Assembly: GCA_963822445.1 (NCBI GenBank)
Contig: CAWGHO010000003.1
Coordinates: forward strand, 1,248,001 to 1,312,000
Direction of reading: 5' to 3'
Source: an uncultured Acidobacteriota bacterium
GTDB lineage: Bacteria > Acidobacteriota > Thermoanaerobaculia > Gp7-AA8
DNA length: 64,000 nt
Shown in pieces: positions 1 to 8,893 of the stretch (positions are counted from its first letter, which is position 1; each line of letters begins with the position of its first letter). The translations under genes and the position numbers were made by a program. The notes below the pieces were generated by a model, which was not told the DNA's origin, ran no database searches, and saw only the letters and a list, made by a program, of their open reading frames with translations.

Positions 1-1896
1 CGGAAGCGGCGTCGATGCCGCGCGAAGGACGAGGCCATAGTCCTCCTCGCCGATCACCGCCGAGTCCTTGGCCCATTCGCCGTTTCGGAGCCGGCGAAGC
101 GCGAGGCGGTATGGGTACCGCGATCCGGGCGGCGACTCGAGCAGGTGCCAGCCCAGGATCTTCCGGAGAGCCACGACCGCGTTGCGCAGAGCACCCACTG
201 AATCGCGGATCGTCCCGTCGCGCCCGTCCTCGTCTACCCACTTCGTACATAGCGGAAGGCCTGACTCGCGCCTGTCCGAACGCTCCGCCGTGGGACGCAT
301 CCACGCGTACGAGAGGCGCCGATTCGCGAAACGTCCGACCAGAACGTAATCAGCGTCTTCCGCTCCGGTAACTGGCTCGATGCCTTCACCATCGGTCCCG
401 GGACCGATTGCAATGCCGTCGACGATCCTGGCCGGAGCGGGAAACTGCACGAAGAGCGATGAGCCCAGCGGAACTCTCTCGAGAGCGGCGATGGCGTCAC
501 CGGCCTCCGGTCCGATCACCCGTGGCTCGGCGTGCGTTGTCAGGATTTCCCAACCAGTTTGTGTGTAGCGAAGGACATGCGTCGTCGTGGTTTCGATTGG
601 TTCAGTGACCCAATGAATCCCGCGCTGTACCGCCTCGACGTAAAGACGCGCGGCCAGCGCATCGACATCACCGGATACCGTTGGTGCCCATACCCGAAGG
701 GGGCGTGGCGGAGGCGCTGCCCACGCGACCACTTCCACCAGCTCGCCTGGACGCACTGCCTGAGGGAGCGTCGTGCCTGGCGGCGCAATCCTGGCTTCGC
801 TGCGTGTCATGCCGTGCAGTGCGGTCACTCGAAGACGAGCTGTCGTCACGTGCGCGGCGTTCGAGACGCGCACTTCACAACCGACTGACAGGCCGTTGGC
901 CCACCCGCCGTGAAGCAGAACGGTCCCATCGTCACGAACGTCCTCGATGCCGATTACGACACGCTCGCCTCGCTGGTCGATCCGGCTGCCGAGGAAGGGA
1001 CGCGAGCGCGCGACGGAACTGCCTTCGAGCACGGGGACCTGATGTGGTTTCTCGCCGCGCAGTCTCGCGCGTGCGCGCAGGAACGTTTCCAGGGCGGACT
1101 CACCCGATGCCGCATCGCGCAGCGCGCGCATCCAGGCCCAGGTAAAGGCGCCCCGGATCTGACCCTGGTCGTCGCGCGTCTCCCAGGCTTCGTCGAAGTC
1201 CTGCGCGGCGGAGATCACCAGCGCGCCGCGACTGTCGGGAGTCGGCCCGGCCTTCGTGCCGTCGGCCACGTCGCGCGTGTCGGGACGGATGCCGCGCGGA
1301 CGTGCACCGGAAGGCAAACCGCGGATTCCCGAAGCGCTGTGGCAACTGTCGAGGATGACAGTCAGTAGCGCACCGCGGTCGAGGACGCGACTGAACCGCG
1401 GCCGAAGTTCTTTGTCGCGGATGTCGGGAGCGCCGACGCGCGAGTCGGCGGGAACGAAGGACTCGTCGAGCTGATCGTGTTCGTCGGATCTCGAGTTCGG
1501 CACCTGCGACCCATGACCGGCAAAGTAGTAGAACAGCGTGTCGCCCTTGGCCGCCGTCTCGACGAGATGACGATCGATCGTGCGGAGAATCGCTGCGCGC
1601 GTCGCTTCCTGATCGGTCAACGTCACGATGTCATCGGGCTGAAATCCGTACAGACCAATCAACATCTCACGCAAGGCGGTGACGTCATTGATGGTGCCGC
1701 CGAGGTTCGGCCAGTCGCGGGTGTTGGTTTTCTGTCGAGGTGTACCGAGGCGGGAGGCCGTGTAGTCGTTGATGCCGATCAACAAAGCGCGCCGGCGGGC
1801 CGATGGCTGCGCGTCACCACCCGGCGCGGACGCAAGAACAGCGCACAGGACGAGCCAGAGTCGGGTTCGCAAAAAGGTCTCGACTGGATGAGACAC
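1..1896 (-). CDS. Caspase-family (peptidase C14/metacaspase-like) protein with N-terminal signal peptide; 3' end lies beyond the window start
   Basis: Manual translation from GTG at 1896: MSHPVETFLRTRLWLVLCAVLASAPGGDAQPSARRRALLIGINDY...NLGGTINDV...LFYYFAGHGSQV (~1501-1536)...LTVILDSCHSASG (~1328-1366)...GALVISAAQ...GAFTWAW. His/Cys dyad motifs are intact. The frame appears open to position 1 (>=632 codons), which would explain its absence from the ORF track. Confidence 0.9.
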   Translation of the reverse strand, partial: MSHPVETFLRTRLWLVLCAVLASAPGGDAQPSARRRALLIGINDYTASRLGTPRQKTNTRDWPNLGGTINDVTALREMLIGLYGFQPDDIVTLTDQEATRAAILRTIDRHLVETAAKGDTLFYYFAGHGSQVPNSRSDEHDQLDESFVPADSRVGAPDIRDKELRPRFSRVLDRGALLTVILDSCHSASGIRGLPSGARPRGIRPDTRDVADGTKAGPTPDSRGALVISAAQDFDEAWETRDDQGQIRGAFTWAWMRALRDAASGESALETFLRARARLRGEKPHQVPVLEGSSVARSRPFLGSRIDQRGERVVIGIEDVRDDGTVLLHGGWANGLSVGCEVRVSNAAHVTTARLRVTALHGMTRSEARIAPPGTTLPQAVRPGELVEVVAWAAPPPRPLRVWAPTVSGDVDALAARLYVEAVQRGIHWVTEPIETTTTHVLRYTQTGWEILTTHAEPRVIGPEAGDAIAALERVPLGSSLFVQFPAPARIVDGIAIGPGTDGEGIEPVTGAEDADYVLVGRFANRRLSYAWMRPTAERSDRRESGLPLCTKWVDEDGRDGTIRDSVGALRNAVVALRKILGWHLLESPPGSRYPYRLALRRLRNGEWAKDSAVIGEEDYGLVLRAASTPLP

Positions 1897-1930
1897 GTTT
1901 CCTGCAGAATTGTGTCTTCCGGGCCGCCGC

Positions 1931-2320
1931 TCAATGACAGCGACTCATCGACTCCGCTTCAGACGAATTGACGGCGCCGTATGTCCAGAGATGCTTCGCC
2001 GAATCTCTGTATGCCACTCCGCGGAAGCTGCTGTCGCGATAGAACTGCTCGACACCGCCGCCGTAGATGTCATACGCGCCACCGCCATAGTGCAGGGCCT
2101 CGACCATCGCGTCTTCCATGATGATTGCCGTCTCGACGAGCAGCACCGAGCAATCCGCCCCCGCCGCACTGCCTTTGACGTTCCAGAAGGACAGTCGCGA
2201 TTCCGCATAGCGGTCAGTGAGCTGTCGTGCGGCGGCAACATGGACGTCGGCGGCCGGACTCGACTCGCACGCCATCAGTAGAAAGAACGCGAGTGCAGCG
2301 GCATTGAGATATCGACTCAT
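1931..2320 (-). CDS. Small hypothetical lipoprotein
   Basis: 129-aa ORF with signal peptide and lipobox-like LMAC; GGAGG SD upstream; co-oriented with flanking genes. Confidence 0.75.
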   Translation of the reverse strand: MSRYLNAAALAFFLLMACESSPAADVHVAAARQLTDRYAESRLSFWNVKGSAAGADCSVLLVETAIIMEDAMVEALHYGGGAYDIYGGGVEQFYRDSSFRGVAYRDSAKHLWTYGAVNSSEAESMSRCH

Positions 2321-2332
2321 ATCCCCTCCATC

Positions 2333-2369
2333 GAAAAATCCCTCTCCCCGCCGGGCGGGGAGAGGGAGC
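2333..2369 (-). terminator. GC-rich hairpin with T-tract (intrinsic terminator-like)
   Basis: Minus strand TCCCTCTCCCCG-CCCGG-CGGGGAGAGGGA followed by TTTTT, just after the 2375 stop codon. Confidence 0.6.
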
Positions 2370-2374
2370 GAGAG

Positions 2375-3454
2375 TTAGCCGCCACCGCCTCCCGCGGGCG
2401 GACAGAGGGTGATGTCGTACGCACCTCGTCCGACGTTCAACCGGATGGCGTTGAGCAGATCGGACCAGAGTGTGGTCTGCGGATGGATCAACTCCCAGTT
2501 GACGGCCGGGTACGACTGGGCGCCGGGCGCGGCACCAGCACGCGGTACCAGCCGTGTTGCGGCCGCGGGCGGCGTGTCGGCGAGCTCGTAGTAATGCTCG
2601 AAATGTTTTCCGACTTCAGGCGTGGCCGTGCGGGGCGACGTCGCCGGTGGCACGAATGGCGGCAGATTCAGAACCGCAATCTCGACCTGGCCTTCCTCGT
2701 TCGGCTCGAGGAGCATCGAACGGCCGGCGCCGCCGTCGAACTGCGCCTCGACGATCTCGACACTGTCGCCGGAGATCGCGATTTCAGCGGCCATCCACGT
2801 TGCGACGGCCTGTGTGTAGGGAGACGCGCTCCCCTGGCCGTCGAGCCGCTTGAAGTGAACGGGGGTAACGTCGGTGCCGATTCGCGCGATTGAATAGGTG
2901 AAAACGTTGCCACTGCGGAGCCGCAGGCGTGCGGCGACGATGCCTGCCGGCGGCTGCGATCCGAGGACCGCGGGATTGAGCTCGCACGTGGGACAGAGCT
3001 GATCCAGATCGGCGAGCCAGGTGTAATCCTCGCGCTCTGCCGAAGTGGTGGGAATGATGCGCGGCTCGCCGTTGACCATCCCGCGAACGTTCTTGCGAAG
3101 GACGAGCGAGGGAAGATCAGGGTCGCTGGTGCTGCCTTTGCGGAGCGTGAGATCGGAGCCCACCAGCTCCCAGGCTCCACCGCCATCGACGGCCGCTTCG
3201 AGCGAGTCGAGCGCTACGGCGGTGGTCTGGTCGGCGAAGAGATACTCGGCGATGTCCGAGTCGCGCTTTGGACATTGTCCGGTGCAATTTCCGGCACGGG
3301 CCACGAGCAGCGGTTTGTGCTGGGCGAGGGTCGTGCCGTCGGAGACGTGATGAGCATGTTCAACGTTGAGGAGCAGGACGGTCAGTTCGGTTCCGTCCTC
3401 GCTCGGAATCAGCGCCATCAGGCCGCTGAAGAAGATTCGCAGAATGAATTCCAA
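2375..3454 (-). CDS. Hypothetical protein associated with the CHAT gene (~359 aa)
   Basis: Within ORF 2375..3505. The likely start is TTG at 3454 with GGAGGA SD at 3461-3466. Overlaps the CHAT ORF end by 95 nt. No family recognised. Confidence 0.75.
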   Translation of the reverse strand: MEFILRIFFSGLMALIPSEDGTELTVLLLNVEHAHHVSDGTTLAQHKPLLVARAGNCTGQCPKRDSDIAEYLFADQTTAVALDSLEAAVDGGGAWELVGSDLTLRKGSTSDPDLPSLVLRKNVRGMVNGEPRIIPTTSAEREDYTWLADLDQLCPTCELNPAVLGSQPPAGIVAARLRLRSGNVFTYSIARIGTDVTPVHFKRLDGQGSASPYTQAVATWMAAEIAISGDSVEIVEAQFDGGAGRSMLLEPNEEGQVEIAVLNLPPFVPPATSPRTATPEVGKHFEHYYELADTPPAAATRLVPRAGAAPGAQSYPAVNWELIHPQTTLWSDLLNAIRLNVGRGAYDITLCPPAGGGGG

Positions 3455-6392
3455 GGGTATTCCTCCATGACTGTTGTTGCGGGGCCGCGAATGGTGACGA
3501 TGCATGACCGATCACCTGAAACGGGGCCCACGCAAGTGCCGATTTGAGAGCGGCGTTCTTGTTCCGGAGCAGCTCGCGTTGTGCGGCTTGCATCGCCGTC
3601 GCCGCGTCGCTGCCCTTCCTGTAGTGACGATGAAAAGACACCAGCAACGGCTCCGCTGTGGCGTCTCGTACGTCCCATAGGCTGCCGATTACGGCCGGAA
3701 CACCCGAGGCAAAGAACGGCCGCACGAGCGGCGCGATGCCTTCGGGACCAACAGAAAGCCCGCCGGCGCTGCTGCATGCCGACAGCACGGCGAGCCTGGT
3801 CTCATGGAGTTTCAGATCCTTTAGTAACTCATTGGCGTCAATTGCGCCGGAATGCTTTTCCGACAGGGCCAGAAGCAACAGCGATTGCCATGGTTCTTCG
3901 CCATTGGCAATGGCATGTCCCGCGAAATGGAGAATTTCGTGTCTCGACGCCATTGCGAACAATGCGGGCGCGGTTGCTTTCGCACCGACCAGAAGCTCGG
4001 CATGCGGTGCATAAAGCGCCTGGATGTCGCCGACTTCGCGCTGGGCTCCGGCGAGGGGGTGTAATCCGGTGGTAAACGGCAGCGTGCGATCGAATGCCGG
4101 GTCGCCAATCAGGAGAATCGACGGTCGTCGCGCCGGTTTCAGGGCGGCATCGCGCAACAAAGAGTAGATGTAGAGCGTCGCGCTCGCGGCGTTGGCGATC
4201 GGCGGTGGAAACTCGACGAGATGGCGTCGCGTGCGTGCATCTCGTAATGCCGCAAACGGCAACCCGTGCATCGGACCGTCGGGGACGAACACCAGCCGGG
4301 ACGGATTCCCGCCGCCGGGCATTTTCGCAATGACGGCGAGGGGCTCGGCAATCAGCCCGTCGAATGGCGCGGACAACTGCGACGTGAGCATGCGATCGTT
4401 TCCGCGCTCGGCGGCGTCCTGCAGCGCGCCGGTCCAACGCTCGACGTCGGCGCGCTTTGCCCGTTGCCGCACCAGCTGGAATCCGTCGCGCGAGATGATC
4501 CAGGTGTACGTTCGATCGGCCTGCACGTCGTATTGAAGGAGAAACGTGCCGGGTGGCAGGATCTCCTGGATGTCGCGCAACGCGATCGGTTGGCCGTCTT
4601 GTGCAAGGCGGCTGAAGGCGGACGGCGGGGACCCGTGATGCAGAATCAGGTCGAGCGTCTCGAAGGCGTGCGCCCGCTCGGCAACGGCGAATGCGCCTTG
4701 TGAGTCCCCCTGGTCGGCGAGCTGCCGGACGAGGCTTTCGTAGCTTTCGTCGAATCGCGAGAAATAGGTTCGCCAGATGGCCTCGCCCTGTCCGCGACTT
4801 CGTGTCGCGAGCACGCGCTCTTCTTCTTTTGCCAGGTCGGCCAGTGCATTCCGTAACTCGTCCTCAGCCGCTTTACGCTGTCCCGCACGGCGGTGCGCAT
4901 CGGCGAGCTGGGCATGAAGCGAGGCGCGAAACGTGAACTGTTCGTTCGGGTTCACTTTGCTCAACGCACGACTGAATTCCCGGACCGCGTCTGGCGGGTT
5001 GCGAAGCAGGGCACGACCGCGGACTTCATGCTCGCGAGCGCCGTATGCCTTGCGAATGTTCGCGTCCTCAGTTTGGACAGGCGCGAGCGCCTTTGCTCTC
5101 TCGAGATCCTGTTCGGCGAGATCGAGGCGGTCGAGGTAGATCGCGATTTTCGCGCGCTCGCGCAACGCGACGGCGAGGTTGTACGGATCCGCGCGCTCCA
5201 TCCGCCGTACCGCTTCGGACTGGTAGCGCCGGGCGATGTTCGGATAGCCCAGCGCCGCCGCCGTCATGGCAACCTCTCCGCGAAACAAGTGATCTGAGTA
5301 GGCCTGACCGATCGACGTTGCAAACCGCTTGGCCTTGAACGCCTCGCGCCAGGCCAACTTGTGCTGCCCAACGGTGCGGTAATAGCCGATGCGGTGGGCG
5401 TGAACATTGGCCTGGCTTTCCTGATCGCCGGAAGCCAGATATCCGCTCAACGCCGCCTCCGTCTCGCGAAACGCGTCGAGATACTTGCCCTCCTTGAAAT
5501 GAACGTAACCGCGGGTGTCCCGGATCCGCGCGACCAGATGCCGATAGTGACGGGCCCGGGCCTTCGACTCGATTTTCTGAAGGATGGTCAACGCCCCGGC
5601 CTGGCCAGAGAGCGCGATACGGATTGCGTCCCGCCGTTGCTTCTCGAGATCCAACGCCTCGGGCAACGTAAGGAGGTCGAGCGGATACCGGTCGTTCCCG
5701 AGCCGCTTCGACAATGCCTCTGCATTGACTTCAGGTTTTTTTCCGTTGATGAGCGCCGTTTCGAGCTCCTTGACGGCCGTCAGCGGCGAGTGGGTGACGA
5801 GGTCCTTCGATGCCGGGCTGGCGAGACGAGCTCGATGATCGCGCGCTTCCTCCGCCCATTCCGACTTGTCGTCGAGCTTCAGAAAGTCGTCCCAGGCGTC
5901 GATCGCTTCGCTTTCGAGTCCGAGCTCCTGAAGAATCAGTGCGTGATTGAAGCGCACCGCGGCGTCTCGGGGAGAGGCGGCCACCGCGTGTTCCACCGGC
6001 CCTAGCGCCTCGAGCAGGTCGAGCGGACGGTCCCTGATTTGCGCGCGTACGTAAAGCGCCGCTGCGAGGTCACTGCCGGCAGCCGCATCCCCGAGCGCGA
6101 ACTGCTTCAACGCTGCAATGGCTTCGTCGGGACATGAGGGGAGCGCGAGGAGGGCACGCTCGCGCGTGGCGAGAATGCCGTCGCAGGAAACGCGCGGTGG
6201 CGGAGTTCCGCATTGCGCCTGCGCGACCACCCGTTCGCCAGTCAGCGATTTCGTGCACGAATTCCAGGTCCTGGTGCTGCTCAATCGCGGCTCGGCCCAA
6301 CGCCCGGAATCGCTCGGGACCGTGTCTTCTCTAGAGCAGGCAGCGATGCAGAGAGCACAGACGATGACCCAGAGTTTTCTCACGAGTGCCAT
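3360..6392 (-). CDS. TPR-CHAT domain protease, predicted lipoprotein (~1010 aa)
   Basis: Start ATG 6392 (MALVRKLWVIVCALCIAAC, lipobox IAAC). Helical TPR-like region, then CHAT motifs LVFVPDGPMHGLPFAAL, ILHFAGHA, LAVLSACSS, VIGSLWDVRD, WAPFQVIG. The upstream ORF extension to 6869 is antisense to the sigma gene. Confidence 0.9.
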   Translation of the reverse strand: MALVRKLWVIVCALCIAACSREDTVPSDSGRWAEPRLSSTRTWNSCTKSLTGERVVAQAQCGTPPPRVSCDGILATRERALLALPSCPDEAIAALKQFALGDAAAGSDLAAALYVRAQIRDRPLDLLEALGPVEHAVAASPRDAAVRFNHALILQELGLESEAIDAWDDFLKLDDKSEWAEEARDHRARLASPASKDLVTHSPLTAVKELETALINGKKPEVNAEALSKRLGNDRYPLDLLTLPEALDLEKQRRDAIRIALSGQAGALTILQKIESKARARHYRHLVARIRDTRGYVHFKEGKYLDAFRETEAALSGYLASGDQESQANVHAHRIGYYRTVGQHKLAWREAFKAKRFATSIGQAYSDHLFRGEVAMTAAALGYPNIARRYQSEAVRRMERADPYNLAVALRERAKIAIYLDRLDLAEQDLERAKALAPVQTEDANIRKAYGAREHEVRGRALLRNPPDAVREFSRALSKVNPNEQFTFRASLHAQLADAHRRAGQRKAAEDELRNALADLAKEEERVLATRSRGQGEAIWRTYFSRFDESYESLVRQLADQGDSQGAFAVAERAHAFETLDLILHHGSPPSAFSRLAQDGQPIALRDIQEILPPGTFLLQYDVQADRTYTWIISRDGFQLVRQRAKRADVERWTGALQDAAERGNDRMLTSQLSAPFDGLIAEPLAVIAKMPGGGNPSRLVFVPDGPMHGLPFAALRDARTRRHLVEFPPPIANAASATLYIYSLLRDAALKPARRPSILLIGDPAFDRTLPFTTGLHPLAGAQREVGDIQALYAPHAELLVGAKATAPALFAMASRHEILHFAGHAIANGEEPWQSLLLLALSEKHSGAIDANELLKDLKLHETRLAVLSACSSAGGLSVGPEGIAPLVRPFFASGVPAVIGSLWDVRDATAEPLLVSFHRHYRKGSDAATAMQAAQRELLRNKNAALKSALAWAPFQVIGHASSPFAAPQQQSWRNTLGIHSANLLQRPDGADSERGRNRTDRPAPQR

Positions 6393-6425
6393 ACGATACG
6401 CGCTTCCGGAAGGCGGGACCGAGTG

Positions 6426-6995
6426 ATGCGGTTCGTGCAAAACGGTGGGAACCGGGACGAGCTGTTTCGTTCTCTCTACGAAAAGTATTTTCGCCGGTTG
6501 ATCGGGTTCCTGATCCGCGCGTTTCGTATCTCCGAGGAGGATGCCGAGGAGCTGGCGCAGGACGCGTTCATCCGCTTTTACGAGGCGATGGACGAATATC
6601 GCGGCGAGGCGGAATGGGCGTTCCTTCAGAAGATCGCCACGAATGTCGCGCTGAACCGAATCCGTTCGCTGCACACCGCCAAGCGACAAGGCACCAGCGT
6701 CAATATCGATGACGCCGACCTGAGACGGGTATCGGCCGCACGCGAAGAGGCTCCGGATCACGCCGAGCGCCAGCAGATCGCCCTCCGGCGGAAGCGGCTC
6801 CACGACGCGATCGCCGAGCTTCCAGCGGGCCAGCGACAGTGTCTGCAGCTCTGGCTCGACGAGTTCCAATATGACGAGATCGCGAGGGTCCTTCGGATCA
6901 CGATGGACGCCGTGCGATCGAGAATCCGCGATGCCAGGAAAGCACTGCGGGCAAGACTGGGAGATGACGGCATACTCCCGGAGGACAACGAATGA
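6426..6995 (+). CDS. ECF RNA polymerase sigma factor (sigma-70 family)
   Basis: Region 2 AEELAQDAFIRFY...WAFLQKIATNVALN and region 4 AIAELPAGQRQCLQL...YDEIARVLRITMDAVRSRIRDARKAL; start ATG 6426. Confidence 0.92.
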   Translation: MRFVQNGGNRDELFRSLYEKYFRRLIGFLIRAFRISEEDAEELAQDAFIRFYEAMDEYRGEAEWAFLQKIATNVALNRIRSLHTAKRQGTSVNIDDADLRRVSAAREEAPDHAERQQIALRRKRLHDAIAELPAGQRQCLQLWLDEFQYDEIARVLRITMDAVRSRIRDARKALRARLGDDGILPEDNE

Positions 6996-7735
6996 TCCCG
7001 AAAGCAGAATGGCAATCAGTGAGTCATGACCTGATGGCGGAGAGACGTACCGACGCCGGCGATCCGCCGACGGCCGACCAGATCCTGGCGTACACCCGCG
7101 GCGAGCTGTCCGGCGAGGATGAAGAACGGGTACGCGAGCTGCTCGTCTGTTACCCCGAGCTCGCGCGCACGCTGACCGAGCCTGTCCCGGACCCCAGACC
7201 CGGCGAACCGGGTTACCTCTCCGAAAACGAGCTCACGCAACGGTGGATGGCGCTGCAGCAGCGCATCGGAATGAGCTCCGCGCCGCGCGAACAGGGTCGT
7301 GCGCTTCAGATCTGGCGGGCCCTCGCTGCGGTCGCTGCGGCGGTCGCACTCGTTTCGAGCGCCATGCTCTGGGACGCGCGCAACCGGCTTGCCGAGCCGC
7401 GCCTCATCACTGACATGGTGGACGTGCAATCGCCGGTCTCCCGGGGTCCCGGCAGTACCGCCATCATCTCGTCCGCAAGTGGGAAGTCGGTTCTACTGAC
7501 CCTGCAACTGACCGATACCCGCTTCTCGGCGTACCGCGTCGAGATTTCCGACGCCAGCGCGACGCCGCCTCGATCGCTGTGGCGAAGTGCACTGGTGGAA
7601 ATTCCGGAAAGCGGCATCCTTTCAATCGTCGTCCCCCATGCGTTCCTGCCGAACGGCCGATATCAGATCGACGTCTACGGCCGAGCGGGGGATGGCGAGC
7701 AGCACGTGGAGATGTACGCCGTGCAGTGGCGTTGA
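6992..7735 (+). CDS. Putative membrane-anchored anti-sigma factor
   Basis: ATGA overlap with the sigma stop. N-terminal degenerate anti-sigma-like segment (ILAYTRGELSGEDEERVRELLVCYPEL), one hydrophobic helix (ALAAVAAAVALVSSAMLW) and a beta-rich C-terminal domain. Confidence 0.7.
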   Translation: MIPKAEWQSVSHDLMAERRTDAGDPPTADQILAYTRGELSGEDEERVRELLVCYPELARTLTEPVPDPRPGEPGYLSENELTQRWMALQQRIGMSSAPREQGRALQIWRALAAVAAAVALVSSAMLWDARNRLAEPRLITDMVDVQSPVSRGPGSTAIISSASGKSVLLTLQLTDTRFSAYRVEISDASATPPRSLWRSALVEIPESGILSIVVPHAFLPNGRYQIDVYGRAGDGEQHVEMYAVQWR

Positions 7736-7742
7736 CGAAATC

Positions 7743-8156
7743 TCACTTCCCCTGCACCACCACCCACACGCCCGCGACGGTGAGCGCCAGTCCCGCCACG
7801 CGGGTGAAGTCGAATTGCCGGTCGATGAGCATCGCCGCGAGGAGTTGCGCGGCGACGGTCACGACCAGCGTGCGGGCCAGGCCGAGGCGGGGGGCGGCGT
7901 AGCCGATGCCGGCGACGATCACCAGGCCGAATGCGCCGGCGGACCAGGCGTACCAGGGGATCTGTTTCACGCCCTCGAGCGGACGCCCTTTCAACAGCCA
8001 GACGATCGCCGCGATGATCGCGCCGAGGCCGTAGGTGATGAGGACGCTGGTGGCCGTGCCGGCGAGGCGGTCCATCGTTCCCATGAACTGTCCTTGAATG
8101 GCAACGGCGATTCCGGCGAGGGCGGCGATGAGGAGGAGCAGGAAGAGGCTCGGCAT
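7743..8156 (-). CDS. DMT superfamily (YdcZ/DUF606-like) small membrane transporter
   Basis: 137-aa hydrophobic protein; motifs AGIAVAIQG, IPWYAWSAGAFG, APRLG, AQLLAAMLID. Confidence 0.85.
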   Translation of the reverse strand: MPSLFLLLLIAALAGIAVAIQGQFMGTMDRLAGTATSVLITYGLGAIIAAIVWLLKGRPLEGVKQIPWYAWSAGAFGLVIVAGIGYAAPRLGLARTLVVTVAAQLLAAMLIDRQFDFTRVAGLALTVAGVWVVVQGK

Positions 8157-8369
8157 CGGGAAAGGATAGCGGTCGCGGGCGATAAATCCTTATCGGAGAA
8201 AGGTTTTCGCTCTCGCGCGTGTTACCATGCACGAGTGAGGAAACTTCCTCATCCTTCAGTCCGCTGAACTAAGTCAGCGTCCTGGACCCACCTTCTTAGA
8301 GTTCCCACAACATCTTTACGCGTGAAGCGCAAGGATCGCGGCTCGGCCGGTCGACGGCCAGGAGTATTG

Positions 8370-8651
8370 ATGAAACTGCACATCGGAAATCTCTCGAAGG
8401 ACATGACTGAAGCACAGCTCAAAGACCTCGTTACGCCGTTCGGCGAGACCACCACGGTCGAGCTGGCGACGGATCGCGGCGGCGCGTCGAAGGGCTTTGG
8501 CTTCGCCGAGTACGGCAATGCCGATCATGCCCGCGCGGCCATCAGCGGTCTCGACGGCAAGGAAGTCAACGGACAGGCGATCAAAGTGAGCGAGGCCCGC
8601 CCGCGCAAGAGCGACGCCCCGTCGACCCCCGCACCGGCCTCCCAGGCCTGA
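8370..8651 (+). CDS. RRM RNA-binding protein
   Basis: RNP2 LHIGNL and RNP1 SKGFGFAEY; KVSEARPR tail; AGGAG SD before ATG 8370. Confidence 0.92.
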   Translation: MKLHIGNLSKDMTEAQLKDLVTPFGETTTVELATDRGGASKGFGFAEYGNADHARAAISGLDGKEVNGQAIKVSEARPRKSDAPSTPAPASQA

Positions 8652-8668
8652 ACTCAAACGGAGAACAG

Positions 8669-8893
8669 ATGAAAAAAGCACCCACTGCCGCACCGGTTCG
8701 CAAGACCAAAGTCTCGATTTCTGAACTGAACATCAGAAAAACCGCGTCACGTCTGCTGACCGTCAAGCTGGTCTCGACCGAGATCGGCTACGTCCAGCGG
8801 GTTCTTGGCAACACCGCCACGCAGGAAGAGCTCGACGAGAAAGTCCTCGCCGTGCGCCGCCTGCCGTGGGCCGACATCGCGATCGCCGACTAG
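8669..8893 (+). CDS. Small hypothetical protein (74 aa)
   Basis: GGAGA SD, co-oriented directly after the RRM gene; its stop overlaps the convergent imuB stop. Confidence 0.65.
   Translation: MKKAPTAAPVRKTKVSISELNIRKTASRLLTVKLVSTEIGYVQRVLGNTATQEELDEKVLAVRRLPWADIAIAD

Noticed and set aside
15-1971. Plus-strand short ORFs at the window start
   Set aside because: They are antisense to the caspase-family gene, which has clear catalytic motifs.
2375-3454. Possible bacterial gasdermin next to caspase/CHAT proteases
   Set aside because: I recognise no gasdermin N-terminal Cys/motif pattern and it is longer than typical bacterial gasdermins; only structure prediction could revive this.
6393-6869. 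N-terminal extension of the 1169-aa CHAT ORF
   Set aside because: It is antisense to the ECF sigma gene; a lipoprotein signal begins at Met 6392.
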